Shown piece by piece: positions 1-8,543 of a stretch of 24,957 nt of DNA (the stretch's first letter is position 1; the number at the start of each line of letters is the position of its first letter). A program made the translations under genes and the position numbers. Origin of the DNA: Clostridia bacterium (GTDB taxonomy: Bacteria; Bacillota; Clostridia; Oscillospirales; Acutalibacteraceae); contig CAAGHT010000086.1 of NCBI GenBank assembly GCA_900769775.1, forward strand, positions 1 to 24,957, given 5' to 3'. Below the pieces are notes generated by a model. That model had not been told where the DNA came from. It saw only the letters and a list, made by a program, of their open reading frames with translations, and did not search any database.

Positions 1-13
1 GCTCTTCCGATCT
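1..13. other. Illumina adapter remnant (assembly artefact)
   Basis: Window starts with GCTCTTCCGATCT, the reverse complement of AGATCGGAAGAGC, the universal Illumina adapter core. It lies exactly at the sequence end. Confidence 0.92.
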
Positions 14-706
14 AAATTCATAAGCTCTTTTTGCCTCATCTAAAAGCCCGTTTTGAAGCATTAGGTCTACCCTGAGGTTAATTCTGTCATAAATAAACTG
101 CCTGTCCTCGGCTTTAAGTCCGATAATTATGGGCTCATAGGGGGACGGCTCTTCTCTCGACTGTGCATTCTGCTCAGCTATGGTAGTGCCTGTTTGCATA
201 TAAACCTCAAAGGCTCTTATAACCCTTTTTCTATTATTCGGATGAAGCTTTGCAGCCGTCTCTGGGTCAAACAGTGACAGCTTTTCTATCATTGCTTCGC
301 CGCCGATAGTATCATATTCAGCTTCAAGCCTTGCCCGAAGTTCACAGTTAACCTCTTCCTCGGTAAAACGGATATTATCAATAAGCGAGCTTACATATAG
401 TCCCGTTCCACCAACGATTATGGGGAGCTTTCCCCTCTCGTTAATGTCCTTTATTGCGGCGGCGGCCGCCTTAACATATTCTGCTACCGAATAGCTTTCC
501 TCTCTGTCGAGAAATTCAAAAAGGTGGTGAGGTACACCCTCTTTTTCCTCCTCATCAGGTGCGGCAGAGGCTATGTGCATATCACGATAAATCTGCATTG
601 AGTCGGCCGAGATAATTTCTCCGCCAAGTTTCTTTGCCAAGGCTACCGAAAGAGAGGTTTTGCCCGTTGCGGTGGGGCCTACTATTACAATAATCGGTAT
701 CTTCAT
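14..706 (-). CDS. miaA: tRNA dimethylallyltransferase (3' end truncated by window/contig edge)
   Basis: Not in the ORF track; translated manually from ATG at 706: MKIPIIVIVGPTATGKTSLSVALAKKLGGEIISADSMQIY...VGGTGLY... (P-loop plus DSMQIY motif). Directly follows mutL. Confidence 0.96.
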
Positions 707-709
707 AGG

Positions 710-2644
710 CTAACCCAATCTTCCGAACTGTCTTTCAAGCTCGCTTCTTTTAAGCTCAAAGGCTACGGGGCGACCGTGAGGACAGTACATAATGTCATTA
801 TTTGAAAGAACCTTTTTAGCAAGCAGCTCAAGCTCCTTTGCAGACTGATTATTGCCACCCTTTATAGCCGCCTTGCAGGCAACTGTATGGAAAAGGTGCT
901 CTAATTTACTGCTCTTAACCTCGCCGCTCGTAATAAGTCCGTCAGCAAGCTCCGAAACGGTAACCATAATGTCCTCTTCGGCAAGCTCAATGGGCACCGA
1001 GCGTACAAGAACCGAGCTGCTGCCGAATTCTTCAATCTCAAAGCCTGCCTGAAGCATAAGGTCTGCGTTGTCGAGCAGAGCTCTGTGCTCCTCTCTGCCA
1101 AGTCTTACCGATACCGGTGAGATTAAAAGCTGAGGCTGGACTGTGCGCTCTAATTTAAGCTTCTCAAAAAGAATTCTCTCGTGTGCTGCATGCTTGTCTA
1201 TAAAGAAGAGGCTCTTTTTATACTCAACTACAATATAGGTTTTAAAGGCTTCACCGATATATCTCATTTCAAGCTCAATCTCATCGGTTAAGCTCTCGGT
1301 TATGGGCATCGGCTCTTTGGTCGGTACATCTGCTACCGGCTTTGCCTTTTCAAACACCTCGAAAAAGCTAGGGAGTGTCGGCTCTGCAGCAGTCTTTATC
1401 GGTTCTGCAGCAAACCTCGGTTCCTCGCTCTTCACGGTTTCTTTTTCGTATTTAGGTATCTCGGGAGCCTTTTTGAATATGGGTGTAGGGTTAGTTTTTA
1501 AAACTGCGCCCGAAGAAAGCACATCCTTATATATTTTTTCAGCCTCGGTTGCGGTAGGCTCACTCATTTTTCTGTATTGCTCAGCCGTCATTCTGACAAA
1601 TTTTTCCTGAGGCTTCGGAGTAGCAGAGCCTTTAAAGGTTAATTCGGGGCGGTGGTCACCCTGAATGAGTGCATTTTTAGCGGCATAATAAACCGCATCG
1701 AAAACCGCCTTTTCGTTGGTAAAGCGTACCTCTGTTTTTGCAGGATGAACATTTACATCGACGAGGTTAAGCGGAATTTCTATATAAAGCACACACGCAG
1801 GAAATTTTCCTATCATAGCCGAGTTTTTATAAGCCGCATCAAGTGCCTTTGCGGCGGCACCCGAGCGGATAACTCGTCCGTTCAAGAAGAAATACTGTCC
1901 CGACCTTGTAGCGTTGCAGTGGACCGGCTTTGACACCCAGCCCTTTACTCTGATATTTTCGGTTGTAGAATCTACGGGGATAAGCTTTGCGGCAAAGTCT
2001 CTGCCAAGGACCGAGTAAACCGCCGAATGGAGATTGCCGTCGCCGTTAGTCGTGGTAGAAAGCTTTCCGTCCTTAATGTACTTGAAGGAAACCTCGGGGT
2101 TACAAAGGGCAAGATAGTCTATTATAGAAGTTATTGCCATTGCCTCCACATTGTCCTTTTTGAGGAACTTCATTCGAGCAGGAATGTTGTAGAATATGTC
2201 GCGGACAATTATTGTCGTACCGTCGGGACAGCCCGCCTCCTCATATTCCTTTTCCTCTCCGCCCTCAATAAGATATCTTGTGCCGAAGTCTTCTTCCTTT
2301 GTTTTGGTAAGCAGCTCAACCCTTGCAACCGAGCTTATAGAGGCAAGCGCCTCTCCTCTGAAACCGAGGGTGCCGATGCTGAAAAGGTCATCCTGCTTTG
2401 TGATTTTGCTTGTAGCATGGCGCAAAAAGGCAGTCGGAACCTGGGCGTGTTTTATTCCCGAGCCGTTGTCGGTAACGCGCATATAGGTAATACCTCCGCG
2501 CTGAATCTCAACTGTAATTTTGTCGGCTCCTGCATCTATTGCGTTTTCAACGAGCTCCTTTATGACCGATGCGGGGCGCTCAACAACCTCACCTGCCGCA
2601 ATAAGCTCGGCAAGCGATTTTGGTAAAACCTTAATATCAGCCAT
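710..2644 (-). CDS. mutL: DNA mismatch repair endonuclease MutL
   Basis: IAAGEVVERPASVIKELVENAIDAGA, GFRGEALASI, endonuclease motif DKHAAHERILFE, ACK and CPHGRP. Start set at ATG 2644 (AAGGAG SD upstream). Confidence 0.98.
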   Translation of the reverse strand: MADIKVLPKSLAELIAAGEVVERPASVIKELVENAIDAGADKITVEIQRGGITYMRVTDNGSGIKHAQVPTAFLRHATSKITKQDDLFSIGTLGFRGEALASISSVARVELLTKTKEEDFGTRYLIEGGEEKEYEEAGCPDGTTIIVRDIFYNIPARMKFLKKDNVEAMAITSIIDYLALCNPEVSFKYIKDGKLSTTTNGDGNLHSAVYSVLGRDFAAKLIPVDSTTENIRVKGWVSKPVHCNATRSGQYFFLNGRVIRSGAAAKALDAAYKNSAMIGKFPACVLYIEIPLNLVDVNVHPAKTEVRFTNEKAVFDAVYYAAKNALIQGDHRPELTFKGSATPKPQEKFVRMTAEQYRKMSEPTATEAEKIYKDVLSSGAVLKTNPTPIFKKAPEIPKYEKETVKSEEPRFAAEPIKTAAEPTLPSFFEVFEKAKPVADVPTKEPMPITESLTDEIELEMRYIGEAFKTYIVVEYKKSLFFIDKHAAHERILFEKLKLERTVQPQLLISPVSVRLGREEHRALLDNADLMLQAGFEIEEFGSSSVLVRSVPIELAEEDIMVTVSELADGLITSGEVKSSKLEHLFHTVACKAAIKGGNNQSAKELELLAKKVLSNNDIMYCPHGRPVAFELKRSELERQFGRLG

Positions 2645-2656
2645 AAAAGTCACTCC

Positions 2657-5251
2657 TTATATTTCTTTTGCTTTCTTTGAAAGCTCACTTAAAATACTCA
2701 TACACTCAATCGGGGTAAGTGTATTGACATCAAGTGCTTTGAGCTCGGATAAAAGCTCGGTAGATACTCCGTATTCCATAGAAAGCTGAGTATCGGTCTC
2801 TCTGACCGTTTTAGTAACGGTAATTCCCTCTTCAAGGGTCTTTTTCAGTATCTGCTTTGCTCTGTCGGTTACTACCGAGGGCACACCTGCAAGCTTTGCA
2901 ACCTCAATACCATAGCTCTCATCAGCTCCACCGCGGACAATTCTTCGCAGGAAGATGATATCATCTCCGCGCTTTTTAACCGCGATATTATAATTTTTAA
3001 TGCCGCGCATCTCGTTTTCCATCTCGTTAAGCTCGTGATAATGAGTAGCGAAAAGGGTTTTTGCACCTATGCGCTTTTTGTCAACAACATATTCGAGAAC
3101 AGCCCTAGCAATACTCATACCGTCAAAGGTAGAGGTGCCTCTGCCTATTTCGTCGAGAATAAGCAGGCTGTTTTTGGTAGCGTTTTTAATTATTGTTGCA
3201 ACCTCGTTCATTTCGACCATAAAGGTTGACTGTCCCGAAGCGAGGTCATCCGAAGCACCTACTCTTGTAAATACGGCATCAACTATACCGATATTTGCCG
3301 ATGAGGCTGGAACAAAGGAGCCGATTTGCGCCATAAGTGCAATTAAAGCAACCTGACGCATATAGGTCGATTTGCCCGCCATATTCGGTCCCGTAATAAC
3401 GGCACAGCGGTCATCCTTAGAATCAAGGTAGGTATCGTTGGAAACGAAAGGTGTGTTAATCACCTGCTCAACAACGGGGTGTCTTCCGTCGCGGATATCT
3501 ATAATACCATCGGTATTGATTCTCGGGCGGACATAGTTGTTGCGGACGGCAACCTCAGCTAGAGAGCAGAGTGTATCAATCTTCGCAACCGACTCGGAGC
3601 TTGTTTGGAAACGGACCAGCTCTGCCGCAACGGTTTTTCTGAGGAATTCAAATATTTCAAACTCAAGGCGGTCTCTTCTGTCCTTCGCGCCGATTATCTT
3701 CGCTTCGAGATTTTTCAGCTCCTCGGTTATGTAACGCTCGCCGTTTGTCAGGGTCTGTTTTCTGATATAGTCCTCGGGTACCATTTCCTTAAAGGAGTTT
3801 GATACCTCAATATAATAACCGAAAACCTTATTATAGCGAACCTTTAGAGTTTTAATTCCCGTGCGCTCTTTTTCGCGGTTTTCTATCTGAATAATGATAT
3901 TTGCGCCGTTCTCGATTATCTCGATAAGCTCATCAAGTTCTTCATTATAGCCTCGACGAATCATTCCGCCCTCTCTCACTATTGCGGGCGGCTCATCAGC
4001 CACCGCCTGCTCAATAAGGGCGGTTATTTCTTCCATAGTATCAAGTCTCTCACAAATAGAGCTGAGAAGCTTGCTTCTTGCAGAGGATAAAACCGATTTA
4101 ATATAGGGCAGTCTTTTGCAGGTGTCTGCTATGGCAACAAGGTCTCTTGCAGAGGCAGTGCCGTAAACCACTCTAGCAAGCAATCTCTCAAGGTCTCTGA
4201 CTCCTGTGAGATATTCTCTGAGCTCGCCTCTCATAACTGTGTCATCACTCAGCTCTTCAACTGCATTATGTCGCTCGTTTATAGAATTGAAGCTGAGAAG
4301 CGGCTGCTCTATCCAACTGCGAAGCATTCTCTTGCCCATTGCGGTTTTGGTATGGTCAAGCACCCAGAGCAGTGAGCCTTTTTTGCTCTTTGAGCGCATA
4401 GTCTCACAGAGCTCGAGGTTTCTTATAGCGGTATGGTCAAGGTGCATAAATTCGGTAGTTGAGTAATACTGCACCTCCATAATGGATATGCTTCTGTTTG
4501 AGGAGAGCTCATAAAAGTAGGCAAGCGCACTACCAAGGGCGCAAACCGCAGGACTCATTGAGGGCACCGACAAATTTTCCGGGCTGATAACACCGAAATG
4601 TCTTTTAATAAGCTCTTCTTTTTTTTCAGCTTCAAAAAAAGTCTTTTCCTTTAAGGTTACCATACAACCGAATTCCTTTAAGAAATCGGCAAATCTCGGA
4701 TGAAGCTCAAGCTCCTTTGACACGATAATCTCGGAGGGGGCAAATCGGCTTATTTCTTCAATAAGTCGCTCCTCTGCCGCTTCACCCGTTATTTCGGTAA
4801 CGAGGCTTCTGCCTGTCGACATATCGGCAAAGCAGACAGCAAAGCCCTCCTTGGAAAAGACAACCGATGAAAGGAAATTATATCTCGACTCGTCAAGCAG
4901 GCTCTCTTCTACCGCAGTACCGGGAGTAACTGTACGGACAATTTCGCGCTTAACTATTCCCTTTGCGGTTGCAGGGTCTTCAACCTGCTCACAGATAGCA
5001 ACCTTATAGCCCTTTTGTACAAGACGGGCAATATATGATTCACAGCTGTGGTAGGGCACGCCGCACATGGGGGCGCGCTCTTCGAGTCCGCAATCTCTTC
5101 CCGTGAGCACTAACTCAAGCTCTTCTGAGGCGGTTTTTGCATCCTCGAAAAACATTTCATAAAAGTCGCCAAGTCTGAAGAAAAGCAAGCTGTCGGGATT
5201 GTTGCTTTTAATCTCCATATACTGCTTCATCATCGGAGAAAGCTCTGCCAT
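2657..5251 (-). CDS. mutS: DNA mismatch repair protein MutS
   Basis: SPMMKQY, FFRLGDFYEMF, Walker A TGPNMAGKST, DEIGRGTST, FATHYHEL, SYGIEVAKLAG. Confidence 0.98.
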   Translation of the reverse strand: MAELSPMMKQYMEIKSNNPDSLLFFRLGDFYEMFFEDAKTASEELELVLTGRDCGLEERAPMCGVPYHSCESYIARLVQKGYKVAICEQVEDPATAKGIVKREIVRTVTPGTAVEESLLDESRYNFLSSVVFSKEGFAVCFADMSTGRSLVTEITGEAAEERLIEEISRFAPSEIIVSKELELHPRFADFLKEFGCMVTLKEKTFFEAEKKEELIKRHFGVISPENLSVPSMSPAVCALGSALAYFYELSSNRSISIMEVQYYSTTEFMHLDHTAIRNLELCETMRSKSKKGSLLWVLDHTKTAMGKRMLRSWIEQPLLSFNSINERHNAVEELSDDTVMRGELREYLTGVRDLERLLARVVYGTASARDLVAIADTCKRLPYIKSVLSSARSKLLSSICERLDTMEEITALIEQAVADEPPAIVREGGMIRRGYNEELDELIEIIENGANIIIQIENREKERTGIKTLKVRYNKVFGYYIEVSNSFKEMVPEDYIRKQTLTNGERYITEELKNLEAKIIGAKDRRDRLEFEIFEFLRKTVAAELVRFQTSSESVAKIDTLCSLAEVAVRNNYVRPRINTDGIIDIRDGRHPVVEQVINTPFVSNDTYLDSKDDRCAVITGPNMAGKSTYMRQVALIALMAQIGSFVPASSANIGIVDAVFTRVGASDDLASGQSTFMVEMNEVATIIKNATKNSLLILDEIGRGTSTFDGMSIARAVLEYVVDKKRIGAKTLFATHYHELNEMENEMRGIKNYNIAVKKRGDDIIFLRRIVRGGADESYGIEVAKLAGVPSVVTDRAKQILKKTLEEGITVTKTVRETDTQLSMEYGVSTELLSELKALDVNTLTPIECMSILSELSKKAKEI

Positions 5252-5290
5252 TCGGTTTTCATTCCTTTCTTTTAAAGTGAATTCTATAAA

Positions 5291-5692
5291 TTAGTGACAG
5301 CCGCCGCAGGTACCACAGTTTCCGGTACAGGAGGAGGGCTCACAGGTCTCGGGGTCCTCTCCATTCTGGCACATAAGAATAATATTACTTACCTTTGTGC
5401 AAAGCTCGTTATATGCGGTGTATGCCGCGTTATAAGCGGTCATTGATTCGCCACCGATTATTTCGTTATAAAGCTTTGTAATGTCGGTGTTGATCTGCTG
5501 AATCTTGTCCTTGTCGGGCTCTTCTTTTTGCATTTCGGCATCATACTGCATCTTTAAAAGATTAAACTCTGCAATCTGCTTCTGAAGCTCTTCATCAGCA
5601 TCGTTTCTTTCCTTTGCGGCAATAAAATTCTTATATTCCTCGGTAGCCTGAATTGCTGCACCGAGTTCTCTTGCTTTTTTAATTACTTCCAT
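5291..5692 (-). CDS. YlbF/YmcA (Com_YlbF, Ric-like) family regulator with Cys-rich tail
   Basis: ARELGAAIQATEEYK helical YlbF-type pattern, C-terminal CEPSSCTGNCGTCGGCH, and position between miaB and mutS as for Bacillus ymcA. Confidence 0.85.
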   Translation of the reverse strand: MEVIKKARELGAAIQATEEYKNFIAAKERNDADEELQKQIAEFNLLKMQYDAEMQKEEPDKDKIQQINTDITKLYNEIIGGESMTAYNAAYTAYNELCTKVSNIILMCQNGEDPETCEPSSCTGNCGTCGGCH

Positions 5693-5703
5693 TTTTATTC
5701 TCC

Positions 5704-7092
5704 TTAAATAATTGTTCCTTCAAGTTTATTTGTAAAGCGGTCTATACGGACACTGAGGTATTGTCCTATCAGCTCCTCGCCGCCATCAAATTCAATTTCT
5801 ATGGTAGAGTTTGATTTTCCCGAAGCTCTACCGGGGGCCGCTACCTCATCGCAAAGGACACGGAAGGTCTGTCCGACAAGAGCGGCGTTGTTTTTCTTTG
5901 AGATTTCCTCTTGAACCTGCAAAAGCTCTGAAAACCACTTGCCCTTTTCCTCTCTTGATACAGGGTCATCCATCTCGGCAGCAGGTGTGCCGGGTCTTGG
6001 AGAGTAGATAAAGGTGAAGAGAGAGGCAAACTCGACCTCTTTTACAACGCGGAGTGTTTCTTTAAAATCTTCGTAGGTCTCTCCCGGGAATCCGACAATT
6101 ATATCGCTTGTAAAGGTAACACCGGGTATTCTCTTTTTAGCTTCTCTTATAAGATTCAGATAACCCTCGCTGTCATAGCGACGGTTCATAAGCTTTAAAA
6201 TTCTGTCGCTTCCGCTCTGGAAGGGCAAATGAAGATGTCGTTCAACCTTTTCACATTCGGCGATAGCATCTATCAGTTCAATCGTGCAGTCCTTAGGATG
6301 GGAGGTCATAAATCTTATCCTGAAATCGCCCTTGATAGCATTTATCTCGCGGAGAAGCCCTGCAAAATTCACATTGCCTTCAAGACCCTTGCCATAAGAG
6401 TTAACATTCTGACCAAGAAGCATTATCTCCTTAAAGCCTGCGGCAACCATTTCACGAGCCTCGGCTATAATATCCTCCTGCCGTCTGGACACCTCTCTGC
6501 CTCTGACATAAGGTACGATACAGTAGGTGCAGAAATTGTTACAGCCGTGCATTATTGGAAGCCAGCCCTTGAGGGCCTGGTCTCGGCGAACGGGTATGCC
6601 CTCGATAATTTCGTTTGTATCATCCGAAATATCGAAAATTCTTCCGCCGCCTGTCAATCTTTTATAAATGAACTCGGGAAGCCTGTGTACTACGTGAGTG
6701 CCGAAAACCATATCTACATAAGGGTAGCTTTTCTTTATACGCTCGCAGACTATCTCCTGCTGAGCCATACAGCCGCAAACTGCAACAATGGTATTCTTCT
6801 TATCCTTTTTAAGCTGCTTTGTCGTTCCGATATTGCCGAAGACTCTGTCCTCAGCGTGTGCGCGGACGGCGCAGGTATTGAAAAGAATAAAATCGGCTTC
6901 CTCGGGGTTCTCGGTAATAGAGTATCCCATTTGGGACAGCATTCCCTTTATATGCTCACTGTCTGATACATTTTGTTGACAGCCATATGTATTAACGCAG
7001 GCCTTAGGGTCTGCGCCGTAAATACGGCAGAGTATTTCGCGTACTCGCTTTATATATCCAAGTGAAAAGTCACTCTTAATATCCTTTGTCAT
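5704..7092 (-). CDS. miaB: tRNA-2-methylthio-N6-dimethylallyladenosine synthase (radical SAM)
   Basis: TYGCQQN, NTCAVR, GCMAQ (UPF0004 domain); CNNFCTYC radical SAM motif; LLGQNVNSYG; DIIVGFPGET; YSPRPGTPAA; TRAM-like C-terminus. Confidence 0.95.
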   Translation of the reverse strand: MTKDIKSDFSLGYIKRVREILCRIYGADPKACVNTYGCQQNVSDSEHIKGMLSQMGYSITENPEEADFILFNTCAVRAHAEDRVFGNIGTTKQLKKDKKNTIVAVCGCMAQQEIVCERIKKSYPYVDMVFGTHVVHRLPEFIYKRLTGGGRIFDISDDTNEIIEGIPVRRDQALKGWLPIMHGCNNFCTYCIVPYVRGREVSRRQEDIIAEAREMVAAGFKEIMLLGQNVNSYGKGLEGNVNFAGLLREINAIKGDFRIRFMTSHPKDCTIELIDAIAECEKVERHLHLPFQSGSDRILKLMNRRYDSEGYLNLIREAKKRIPGVTFTSDIIVGFPGETYEDFKETLRVVKEVEFASLFTFIYSPRPGTPAAEMDDPVSREEKGKWFSELLQVQEEISKKNNAALVGQTFRVLCDEVAAPGRASGKSNSTIEIEFDGGEELIGQYLSVRIDRFTNKLEGTII

Positions 7093-7140
7093 AGCATCCT
7101 CTTTTTTGCAAAAATATATAAATATATAATAATCTAATCT

Positions 7141-7169
7141 ATTATAACCTATTACGCGCAGGTATTCAA
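7141..7169 (-). promoter_or_regulatory. Sigma-A promoter for miaB operon
   Basis: Minus strand TTGAAT-17 nt-TATAAT about 50 nt upstream of the miaB start. Confidence 0.7.
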
Positions 7170-7212
7170 GAAATAAATTCTATATTTTTTACGATTTCGC
7201 GATAAAAAACGC

Positions 7213-7240
7213 TTTACTTTTTCTGAGGATCGGGTATAAT
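7213..7240 (+). promoter_or_regulatory. Sigma-A promoter for sortase locus
   Basis: TTTACT-16 nt-TATAAT about 56 nt upstream of ATG 7297. Confidence 0.6.
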
Positions 7241-7296
7241 GTATGTGTATAGTTCTATTTCTTAGTGGAACAAATAATTTTTACGAGGTAATTATT

Positions 7297-7857
7297 ATGA
7301 AAAAGTTTGCAGCAATCATCCTTGCAATCGCACTTCTCATCGTTCCTATGAGCATTTCCTCTTCTGCTGAAGGAGCAATCAACGAGTTTGAAAAGAAGGT
7401 TCTTGAAGCACTTGACGAGAATGTTAAGGTTGGTGACAAGTATTTCCATGTTCCTCAGGAGTACATCACTCAGGCTGAGAACTTCCTTAAGACTATCGAT
7501 ATGACCGAAGCTCAGGCTGATACCATTCTTGCTAAGATCGCTGATTCCAAGCAGATTATCATCGATAACAATATAACCTCTACTTCTAACCTTAAGGCTC
7601 TTCCTAAGGAAGCAAAACAGAAGATTCTTGACAACGGTAAGGCAGCTTCTGCAGCAGTTAATGCAGTTCTTACCTATGACGGAACAAATGTAACCGTTAC
7701 CTATAACGGAACTCCCGTATTTGAGGACGCTCCTATCGTTAAGGTTACTGGTGCTGAGGTTGACTATACCGCTATCGCACTTGCAATGGCAGGTCTTGTT
7801 ACCATGCTTGTTGCCGGCTTTGCATTAGCTTCTAAGAAAGGTATCCTTTCTAAATAA
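7297..7857 (+). CDS. Small secreted, sortase-anchored surface protein (non-canonical VKVTG sorting signal)
   Basis: Start reassigned to ATG 7297 (GAGG SD). Signal peptide MKKFAAIILAIALLIVPMSISSSA; C-terminal VKVTG + hydrophobic helix + KK tail; adjacent to a sortase gene. Confidence 0.8.
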   Translation: MKKFAAIILAIALLIVPMSISSSAEGAINEFEKKVLEALDENVKVGDKYFHVPQEYITQAENFLKTIDMTEAQADTILAKIADSKQIIIDNNITSTSNLKALPKEAKQKILDNGKAASAAVNAVLTYDGTNVTVTYNGTPVFEDAPIVKVTGAEVDYTAIALAMAGLVTMLVAGFALASKKGILSK

Positions 7858-8535
7858 TTGATGCTAAGAAGAATAACAAAAAAGCTGACGGAATATATCC
7901 TATTTCCGTTAGCTTTTTTTCTTTCGGGACTTTTGTTTCTTTACCTGGTGTTATCCCCTTTTGTAAATTTTACGCTTACAGCCTGGTCGCTTTTTTCATC
8001 CGACTCTAACACCCTATACGGCGAAGAAATTCATAAGGATATATTCGGAGAGAATAAGCTTGTCGGCTATAAGGAAACTGTACCCTCAAGCCTTATCACC
8101 TACCCTACTCACGGCACTAAATATGCCGAGATTACAATAACCGATGAGAACACTGTTTACGTTTGCCCCCTCTTCTTTGGTGACAGCAAGTCGATACTCA
8201 GAAAGGGTGTCGGCCAGTATATGGGAAGCAACTTCCCCGGTGAAGGCAAAGCGATTATCGTTTCGGGTCACAACAACTCATATTTCAATGCTCTTCAGTA
8301 TCTCGATGCAGGTGAAACAGTAACCTTAGAAACAAACTATGGCACCTTTATTTACGAGGTAACCGAAACGGCAATAAAGCCCAATACCGATAAATCGGCT
8401 CTGAGGCTTGGTTCTGAGGAGGAAACCCTCGTAATGTACACCTGTTATCCCTTTGACCAACGCGGTCTCACCTCAAAACGATACTATGTTTATACAAAGC
8501 TCGTTTCGGGTCCGCGCGTGCTGTTAGATAAGTAG
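7858..8535 (+). CDS. Sortase, class D-like
   Basis: N-terminal basic residues and TM anchor; catalytic His in SGHNNSYF, Cys in LVMYTCYPF, Arg in KRYYVY; the TCYPF motif is typical of class D. Start is TTG 7858 or ATG 7861. Confidence 0.88.
   Translation: MMLRRITKKLTEYILFPLAFFLSGLLFLYLVLSPFVNFTLTAWSLFSSDSNTLYGEEIHKDIFGENKLVGYKETVPSSLITYPTHGTKYAEITITDENTVYVCPLFFGDSKSILRKGVGQYMGSNFPGEGKAIIVSGHNNSYFNALQYLDAGETVTLETNYGTFIYEVTETAIKPNTDKSALRLGSEEETLVMYTCYPFDQRGLTSKRYYVYTKLVSGPRVLLDK
7884..7920 (+). terminator. Putative intrinsic terminator inside the 5' end of the sortase CDS
   Basis: GCTGACGGAA / TTCCGTTAGC 10-bp stem (one G.U) followed by T7 and preceded by A6, about 25 nt after the stop codon of the surface-protein gene. 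Confidence 0.65.
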
Positions 8536-8543
8536 GTGGCGAT

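Noticed and set aside
2027..2626. 199 aa plus-strand ORF
   Set aside because: Antisense shadow of the conserved mutL N-terminus; no recognisable motifs.
6229..6966. 245 aa plus-strand ORF
   Set aside because: Entirely antisense to miaB; composition typical of a shadow frame.
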